Positions 50,848 through 58,561 of a DNA stretch of 58,561 nucleotides are shown one piece after another. Every line of letters starts with the position of its first letter. Position 1 is the first letter of the stretch. The notes below the pieces were generated by a model. The model worked only from the letters and a program-made list of their open reading frames with translations. It made no database searches and was not told the origin of the DNA. The stretch covers positions 32,487,088-32,545,648 of the forward strand of contig NC_057718.1 of assembly GCF_004010195.1 (NCBI RefSeq), written 5' to 3'. This DNA comes from Chiloscyllium plagiosum (taxonomy: Eukaryota). The translations under genes and the position numbers were made by a program.

Positions 50848-52031
50848 ATACATAGAGTCATAGAAATGTATAGCATGGAAACAGACACTTCAGTCCAACC
50901 CGTGCATCCCAACACAATCTAGTCCCACCTGCCAGCACCCGGCCTATATCCCTCCAAACCCTTCCTATTCATGTACCCATCCAAGTGCCTTTTAAATGTT
51001 GCAATTGTAGCAGCCTCCAACACTTTCTCTGGCAGCTCATTCCATACCCGTACCACCCTCTTGCGTGTAAAAGTTGCCCCTTAGGTCTCTTTTATATCTT
51101 TCCCCTCTCACCCTAAACATATGCCCTCTAGTTCTGGACTCCCCGACCCCAGGGAAAAGACTTTGTCTATTTATCCTATCCAGGCTCCTCATAATTTTGT
51201 AAACCTCTATAAGGTCACCCCTCAGCCTCCAACACTCCAGGGAAAACAGCTCTAGCCTGTTCAGCCTCTCCCGATAGCTCAAATCCTCCAACCCTGGCAA
51301 CATCCTTGTAAATCTTTTCTGAACCCTTTCAAGTTTCACAACATCTTTCCGATAGGAAGGAGACCAGAATTGCATGCAATATTCCAANNNNNNNNNNNNN
51401 NNNNNNNNNNGCCCATCTGGTCAAGATCCTGTTGTAATCCGAGGTAACCCTCTTCGCTGTCCACTATACCTCCAATTTTGGTGTCATCTGCAAATTTACT
51501 AACTGTACCTCTTATGCTCACATCTAAATCATTTATGTAAATGACCAAAAGTAGAGGACCCAGCACCAATCCTTGTGGCACTCCACTGGTCACAGGCCTC
51601 CAGTCTGAAAAACAACCTTCCACCACCACCCTCTATCTTCTTCCTTTGAGCCAGTTCTGTATCCAAATGGCTAGCTCTCCCTGTATTCCGTGAAATCTAA
51701 CCTTGCTAACCATTCTTCATTGAGGAACCTTGTCAAATGCCTTACTGAAGTCCATGTAGATCACATCTACTGCTCTGCCCTCATCAATCCTCTTTGTTAC
51801 TTCTTCAAAAAACTCAATCAAGTTTGTGAAACATGAGTTTCCACGCACAAAGCCATGTTGCCTATCCCTAATCAGTCCTTGCCTTTCTAAATACATGGCA
51901 TCCTGTCCCTCAGGATTCCTCCAACAACTTGCCCACAACTGACGTAAGGCTCACTGGTCAATAGTTCCCTGGCTTGTCCTTACCACCCTTCTTAAACAGT
52001 GGCACCACGTTAACCCACCTCCAGTCTTCCG
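50848..52031 (-). mobile_element. CR1 LINE fragment (most of RT plus the 3' tail)
   Basis: QHGFVRGNSCFTNLIEFFEEV, YMDFSKAFDKVP, GVPQGLVLGPLL, FADDTK and RLRGDLIEVYKIM. Confidence 0.95.
51388..51410. other. Assembly gap (23 N)
   Basis: Run of N. Confidence 1.
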
Positions 52032-52033
52032 GA

Positions 52034-52155
52034 GCATGCAGAGGAAATCCACACAGACACGGGGAGAATGTGCAAACTCCACACAAACAGTCACCTGAGG
52101 TGGGAATTGAACCTGGGTCCCTGGCGCTGTGAGGCAGCAGTGCTAACCACTGAGT
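52034..52155 (-). mobile_element. HE1/V-SINE 5' fragment
   Basis: cacggggagaatgtgcaaactccacaca...gtgaggcagcagtgctaaccactgag. Confidence 0.85.
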
Positions 52156-52319
52156 TAAAACCCTTTGGATTCTCCTTAATTCTATTTGCCAAATTGTTAA
52201 AGTGAAATATGTCCAGTCAGTTGCATTTTAGTAGGTGACAAACTTACTCAAAGGATCCATTTTATGGCACCATGTATCACTGCTTTTATCATTATGGCTC
52301 CAAGTGGCAATTCTCTGAC

Positions 52320-52486
52320 TACAGAACAACCTCGATTATCTGAACGAGACGGCCAGGGAATATTTTGATTGGATAACTGATACTTCGGGTAACTGATCTG
52401 ATTGTAAACAAAGGAAGTATTGAGATCTTGTTCGGATAATCTGAAATTCAGATAATTGATGTTCAAATAACCGAGGTTGTTCTGTA
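52320..52486. mobile_element. Tc1/mariner (Tigger-like) MITE with TA TSD
   Basis: TACAGAACAACCTCGATTATCTGAAC ... GTTCAAATAACCGAGGTTGTTCTGTA is a 24/26 inverted match including the TA. Confidence 0.9.
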
Positions 52487-54042
52487 CTACTGTTTTCCCT
52501 CATGAAGGCAAAAAGAGTCGTTGTTTGGAAGACATTTTCCCTCTCCTAAGTGAGCAAACATTGTGTCGTTCTGGTGACTTTGCACAAGTACAGTTGTAAT
52601 ATCACTCTGGCAATTTTGTTTGGTTTTACACGTAATCCTGAGAGCCAAATGAAACCAAGGATATGCAGTTTTCATTTCAGGGGCACGTGATTACAATGGT
52701 GATCTACTTGTCTAACTGAGACTGCTTTCAAAGCAATTTTCTAAAGTCTTTATCAATCAACGCTCTTTTTTCCCTGAAAGAGTTTTCTTTGGAGCTTTAC
52801 TGGCTTTTACTGTGTTATTCACAATCCTACAATTAACAAAGTATGAGTTAATATTACGCACAGAAGTTGCCACAGTAACTGCAGAGCGTTGAGTCCTTGT
52901 AGCTTTTGTTGTCTAGCTTCTGTTGGTTGTATAGGTAGAGAACAGGAAGAGGCACTGGAACTAAGTAGATGACTGGGGAGATTTATTTTTGTATGCTAGC
53001 TGGGGATTTGAATTGGAAGGTTTGGTTTCCTAACATTGTGCGGCTTGACTTTGATCTTGGATTATAACACACAATGTTGTCCATGCTGTCTCCAAATAGC
53101 TTGGACAAAGAAAAGTAGCTAACTTATTTCTAAATTATGTAACAAACCACTTTGCAGAAGTGACGAAATCACCATGTTCAAGAGGTATAAACAGATAGAT
53201 TCAGATTTTTAATCGCCTTACATGAAATGAGTCACGAGTAATTATAGAAACTCAAGCCCAATTCCACTTCGGGTATAAGTCCTCACCAAATGCCACCCCA
53301 GCTCTATCGTATGGGAGCTGTACTCAGCTGCAGCCTGCGCTCAGCATTTCACTCAACAAAATCAGGAATCGAATAGACTTTGTTTCAAACCTGCTTCCCG
53401 AAAATAATGTCAAACCACAAAATATTTAGTAGAAAATGTATTTATAATTATTAAAGTGGAATTATGAAAGTTAATCTAGCACAAAACGGATTCTAAATAT
53501 TGGCTTCGAAAAGTTTAAAAAAGATGACACGCAAACTAACTGACTAGCTATTTACATGTAGATACGATGAAATCATCAGTTCGGCTTCATTGCAGCCTTC
53601 TCATATGTTTAATTTAAAATCACTTTTACTGGGAAGAAATGATCATTTTATACAGTCTGAAACATGTTCTGTTGTGGAGGACTTATTGAATATGAATATG
53701 TCTGTGCTACCTTTTCATGAGTAGAACATAAGATTGAATCAAATCCATCTTGGGCAATGAAAGTCTCCTTCCTTTACCAGCTTTGAGGGTTCATCGTCAA
53801 ACTAATTTTAGATCATCTCAACCAAGCTCTTAGTGGTTCCAGTCTATAGTATAGAGTTGATCATTCCTCAAAAATAAGTCTGATCAAATCATTAGTAGGC
53901 GAATTGTAGATCAGCTAAAGGAAGCTTATCATTTTTTCCTGTACATTTTCTCCCTTTAGTCTAGTGATCATAAAGCAAACAGCCAGCACCCAACTGAGAC
54001 AAGCTCATCCAACATCAAGTCATGAGTTGTTTAACACTTTTC

Positions 54043-54184
54043 AACAATAAAAACAGAAAATGCTAGTTAAACACATTTGAACTTGACATTAGCTCTGTTC
54101 ACAGATGCTGCCAGACTTGCCAAGTTATCGCAGCCTTGTCTGTTTTTATTTCAGATTTTCAGCATCCGCAGTACTTTGCTTTTA
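54043..54184. mobile_element. Collapsed fold-back Penelope-like element (family A)
   Basis: aataaaaacagaaaatgct ... cacagatgctgccagac ... tctgtttttatttcagattttcagcatc. Confidence 0.6.
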
Positions 54185-55115
54185 TAAGGGCACACAATGC
54201 TTCACATAAAAACAGCCCAGTGGTTTATTTGATCTCACCATCTCTGAATACCAAACCTACTGCTTTCCCATTACAGCATCTGGTTATTTCCTAAACGAGT
54301 CAATTGTCTTGATTTCAATTATGCTTCCTGGTAATCCATTCCAACTGTCTACCACCCTCTATGTAAAGAAAAACTTCCTGGCATTTATTCTTTGAAAAGT
54401 TCCTGGTGGCCAAACATTTGTGAGGGTTGGAAACTTGTTGTCCGAAACTGAAGTGACCATCAGACTTATTGCTGAGCACACGTTTCTGAGAGCAGTTTTG
54501 AATGTATTCTCATTGGAATATTTAAATTTATGCTCAAAATCGCAAGTCCCAAATTAATTGTTTAGTTATTCTGGCAAAGTTGTTTGAACAGCCTTAACAA
54601 ATTGCAGCCATTCCTATGATTCCAAGACACAATAAAACACCCTGGTGCATTTCATCTTAAAATGATCAAAGAAAGTTTCCAATTCCAAATAATATGCCTT
54701 TTAAGCCTTAGCGAAATCTGTTTCCTGCAGACATATTCTCCCCAGTAGTCCTCTGAAAAACAGAGAAGTCAGAACTTGAACTGAGAACCAGCATCTGTTA
54801 AGACGATGTATTAATCTGACTGCAAGGTCTCACTTGCTCATCTTTGCTGCTTCACCCTAAAGTTGATCATGTATGTTTGCAATTACGTAGTGTCCTCATG
54901 TTATTGTTGGCAATTTTTTAAACCAAGACTTGACATTCTCTGTACGCATTGATTTCAGACTGTGCAGCTGCCCTACTGAATTTTTACGTGTCGAGGAATG
55001 ACGTCATTTTTACTGTTGTTAAACAACTGAAAATTTTTAGAAAATGGTCTACATTTTTCCAATGAAAATAACTTTAAAATTAAACAACTGGCATTTTCCT
55101 TTTTTCTGATTTCAG

Positions 55116-55262
55116 TTTATGACAAAGAGCCCAAATAAACGCTTGGGTTGCGTTACATCACAAGGTGGGGAGGAGGCAATTAAACAGCACCCATTTTTCA
55201 AGGAAATTGATTGGGTGCTGCTGGAACAAAAGAAAATAAAACCTCCATTTAAACCAAGGATT
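55116..55262 (+). CDS. PRKCE: Protein kinase C epsilon, kinase C-lobe/start of the AGC C-tail exon; 147 bp
   Basis: A polypyrimidine tract precedes ttcAG (55114-55115), and the donor is GTAAGT (55263). It reads [49 protein letters not shown], in frame. The terminal exon (turn and hydrophobic motifs) is not in the window. Confidence 0.96.
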
Positions 55263-55589
55263 GTAAGTACTACCATTCAGCAGTTTATTTACAGGGAACC
55301 TCATGAAACACAACAAAATAGTTGTGCATAATTATTATTCAGCAACTGGTTTTAGATCTATGACATGCACTGGTTTGGTATTATGCGAAAAAAGGAACAG
55401 CTGGCATTCCAGAAACCCAGTGTTTCTTGCCATTGCAGGCAGTAAGCATGCACTATTAGTATGGTCAAGGTAAGTGCATTGCTCCTGTAGAAACATATCA
55501 GCAGGGCACACCTCAGTTGATGGCTAGTTTTTTGGAATAATACTGTGGCCCTCTGACACATCAGAAGAAGCCTAGGATGGATACAACAG

Positions 55590-57670
55590 AAATGTATAAC
55601 AACAACTCATGTTTTTTTAATATTATTGATGCACCAAGTACTTCAGAGAACTCCTTAACAGCAAAATTAGATACAGAGGCACATGAGGCAAAATTACCAC
55701 AAATGCCCAAAAACTTAGTCAATAAGTGGGCTTTAAGGTGGGTCTAAAATGAAGAAATAAAGATAGAGAGTTGTAAATGTTTAGGTGGGAAATCCAGCAC
55801 TTATTGCCCAAGCAGCTGACAGTGCAGCCACCACTAGTGGCACAATTACCATTAGGAATGTTCAAGAGGCTAATATAGGTATTAGATAAATGCAGATATC
55901 TTGCAGGGATGTAGACCTGGAGGACATTACAGAGAGAAAGGGAGCATGCAGGACATTGCCATGGAGGAATTTTCAAAACAAGGATCTGATTTTTGGAACC
56001 AAGACATTGCTTGATCAAGAACTAATATAGAGCACAGCGGCGAAAGTGAATACAACTTGTTCGTGGTCAGACTTGGATGGCAGATCTTTGGATGGCTTCA
56101 GGTTAATGGAGGAAGAATGTGGGAGACCATCCAGGTGTTGAATAGAATAGTTTAGAAGCAATGAATGAAAGTTTCCTTAAGAGATGAGTTGAGACAAGTA
56201 CAATGTTGGGTGATATTAAAGAGCTCTAAGTGGGTGCGCTTAGTGGTAGTTATTCTGTGCAATCAGAAGTTCAAATAGACAAGCAAGAGGCTGGAAGAAG
56301 ACAGCAAGGCAGGAAGCATCGGAGGTGGAGAAGTCAGTGTTTCAGTATAACCTAAGAACAGCAAGGTTGTAAATATGAATGGCTATTTTATTGCACCACG
56401 TTTCTGTTCATCCAGTAGTGGAAGGCAAAAAGTTGAATAATTTAGCAACAGTGGAGAAATCAAGGGGGATGGTGGTTAAGCAGAGCTGAGTTGTCCATTT
56501 TATGTAAAAACTAAAGTTGTGTCTTGAGATGTTAGTCCCAAAGGACAGATTGTCAATGAGAAATAAGAAGAGATCAAAGGTAGATTCTTGGGGAACCAGA
56601 TAGCGCATTAAATGGCCCACTTGCATCTGGTGGTGAATAACTAAAGCAGAGTTAATGATAAAGGAGCAGGAAGGGAAGCCGTTGAAATTGATACTTTGAT
56701 GGAAATGAGTAAGATTGGAATCAGGTCCAAAGTAAACCTGCAAGCTGGAAACGTATTGAAGGAGGATGGTGTGGTCAATCATGTTGAAGTCTAAAGTCAG
56801 GTCAAAAAGGTTGAGTAGCTGTTGACTACAGTCACAGTTGCAAAGGACATCATTTGTGATTTTAATAAGATCTGTTTCGATATAACATGGAGATGGAAAT
56901 CTGATTTGACAAACTCAAAGATGGAGTTAAAGGTAAAATGGACACAGGTTGGGAGGCAACAATATATTCAAGGACTTTGAAGAGGTTGCTGAGGTTGCAA
57001 ATAGGGTGTTATTTTACAAAGATAACATGTCCCTTTTTTTTGAGGATGGGGCTGATGATTGCAGGTATAGAGGAGCGACAATTGACAGTCTGAGGAGGGA
57101 AAGCCATGACCAATTTTAGCTGACACAGACACCAGGAGGGGAAGTTGGATGCTGTGTGGTTTAGTGAGCACAGGGCCAAGGAAGCAGAAAGCAGGAGAGA
57201 AACTAAAGAAAGAAGTACATTCAGGGCTAGGGCATTGGAATGTTAAAATAATGGCCAGGTGAGTTGGTAGAAAACTGGGAAATTTAGGGGGGGGGTGTTC
57301 AAATGGTCACAATATTCGTGACAATTAAATCTCTTTACTTATTATTGGAGGTGAACATGGAGAAAACATGGTAGAGGAGTTTACAAAAATGGTTGGTAGT
57401 GGAGAAAAGAAGCTGGACATTTCAGAATGTTCTGCAATAATGAGTAATTTTAGCAGACAAGAGCAGAACCAGGTAGTACATTAAATGGTCCAGCTACATG
57501 CGGTGCTGAATAGCTAAAGCAGTTGTGCAACATATCCCTTCAAATCTGGATCATTTTTGGGAGCAAAGCGAGCAAAGACAAGGGCCCTATTTAGCAAATT
57601 ACCACAGTGAGAGATGGTAATGGTTGTATTGGGGGTGAGGGCATCAAATGTAGAAATGAAGATGCATTGA
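55590..57670 (-). mobile_element. Old L2 LINE fragment(s)
   Basis: The reverse strand gives DLTLDFNMIDHTILLQ (compare L2 LDLSAAFDTVDH..LL), VPQES and LFLFLI. The + strand is purine-rich. Similar L2-like remnants lie at about 4380-5000 and 21860-22560. Confidence 0.65.
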
Positions 57671-57676
57671 GCAGAT

Positions 57677-58400
57677 CTAGAACATAGAATATAGAAGAAT
57701 ACAGTGCAGTACAGGCCCTTCGGACCTCGATGTTGCGCCGATCCAAGTCCATCTAACCTACACGAGCCCACTATCCTCCATATGCCTATCCAATGCCCGC
57801 TTAAATGCCCATAATGAGGGAGAGTCCACCATTGCTACTGGCAGGGCATTCCATGAACTCACGACTCACTGAGTAAAGAACCTACCCCTAACATCTGTCC
57901 TATACCTACCCCCCCCTTAATTTAAAGCTATGCCCCCTTATAATAGCTGACTCCATACGAGGAAAAAGATTCTCACTGTCGACCCTATCTAAACCCCTAA
58001 TCATCTTGTACACCTCTATCAAGTCACCCCTAAACCTTATTTTCTCCAAAGAAAACAACCCCAAGTGCCTCAGCCTTTCCTCATACGATCTTCCTACCAT
58101 ACCAGGCAACATCCTGGTAAACCTCCTCTGCACCCGTTCCAGTGCCTACACATCCTTCCTATAGTATGGCGACCAAAACTGCACACAATACTCCAGATGC
58201 GGACGCACCAGAGTCTTATACAACTGCAACATAATCTCAGGACTCCGGAACTCAATTCCTCTACCAATAAAAGCCAGTACGCCATATGCCTTCTTCACCA
58301 CACTATTTACCTGGGTGGCAACTTTCAAAGATTTGTGTACATGGACACAAAGATCTTTCTGCTCATCCACACTACCAAGTATCCGACCGTTAGCCCAGTA
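57677..58400 (-). mobile_element. CR1 LINE 3' fragment
   Basis: LYKTLVRPHLEYCVQFWSPYYRKDV, RFRGDLIEVYKMIRG and the tagaacatagaa tail. Confidence 0.93.
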
Positions 58401-58521
58401 CCCCAAGTTAGTAGCAGTAGAAGGAGCCACAATTAAACGATTTCCCAAGAGAACAGCTATCAAGAAATCGTGCATCACTTCCCGTTTACGCAACTAAGCT
58501 GTTTACTGCGATTTTGAAGTG

Positions 58522-58561
58522 AAGGACTGGGGTGGTAAAAGTCAAAGGTCACACGACACGA
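58522..58561. mobile_element. Probable start of another family-B Penelope-like element, cut by the window end
   Basis: ggactggggtggtaaaagtcaaaggtcacacgacac resembles ggattggggtgtacaaagttaaaaatcacacaacac at 46040-46075. Confidence 0.55.

Noticed and set aside
50310..50922. Overlapping 169-aa (-) and 145-aa (+) ORFs
   Set aside because: There is no recognisable domain, and the + ORF runs into a CR1 tail. They are probably chance ORFs.

Overview
This is eukaryotic, cartilaginous-fish DNA. The HE1/V-SINE, CR1 and DeuSINE repeat content points to a shark, possibly a carpet or bamboo shark (inference). The window lies inside the protein kinase C epsilon gene (PRKCE, + strand). Three kinase-domain exons with canonical AG/GT boundaries are present (39199-39337, 44693-44881, 55116-55262), and I found no flanking exons in the window. 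The rest is intron, densely filled with decayed retroelements: L1, Tx1-like, CR1, L2, Rex1/Babar, RTE, a Ty3/Gypsy pol remnant and a GalEa-like Ty1/Copia remnant. There are also SINEs, two Tc1/mariner-type MITEs, a 1-kb 25-bp minisatellite and two assembly gaps. The most interesting signal is a dispersed set of short (about 100-290 bp) Penelope-like elements carrying minimal type-I hammerhead ribozyme motifs (CUGANGA-helix II-GAAA-palindrome-UH). Several are fold-back palindromes, and three have their own 12-16 bp target-site duplications. Two antisense copies (46109-46143, 49173-49208) keep all core nucleotides. Repeat boundaries were read by eye and are approximate unless stated otherwise. 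Family names come from recalled motifs, not database searches.
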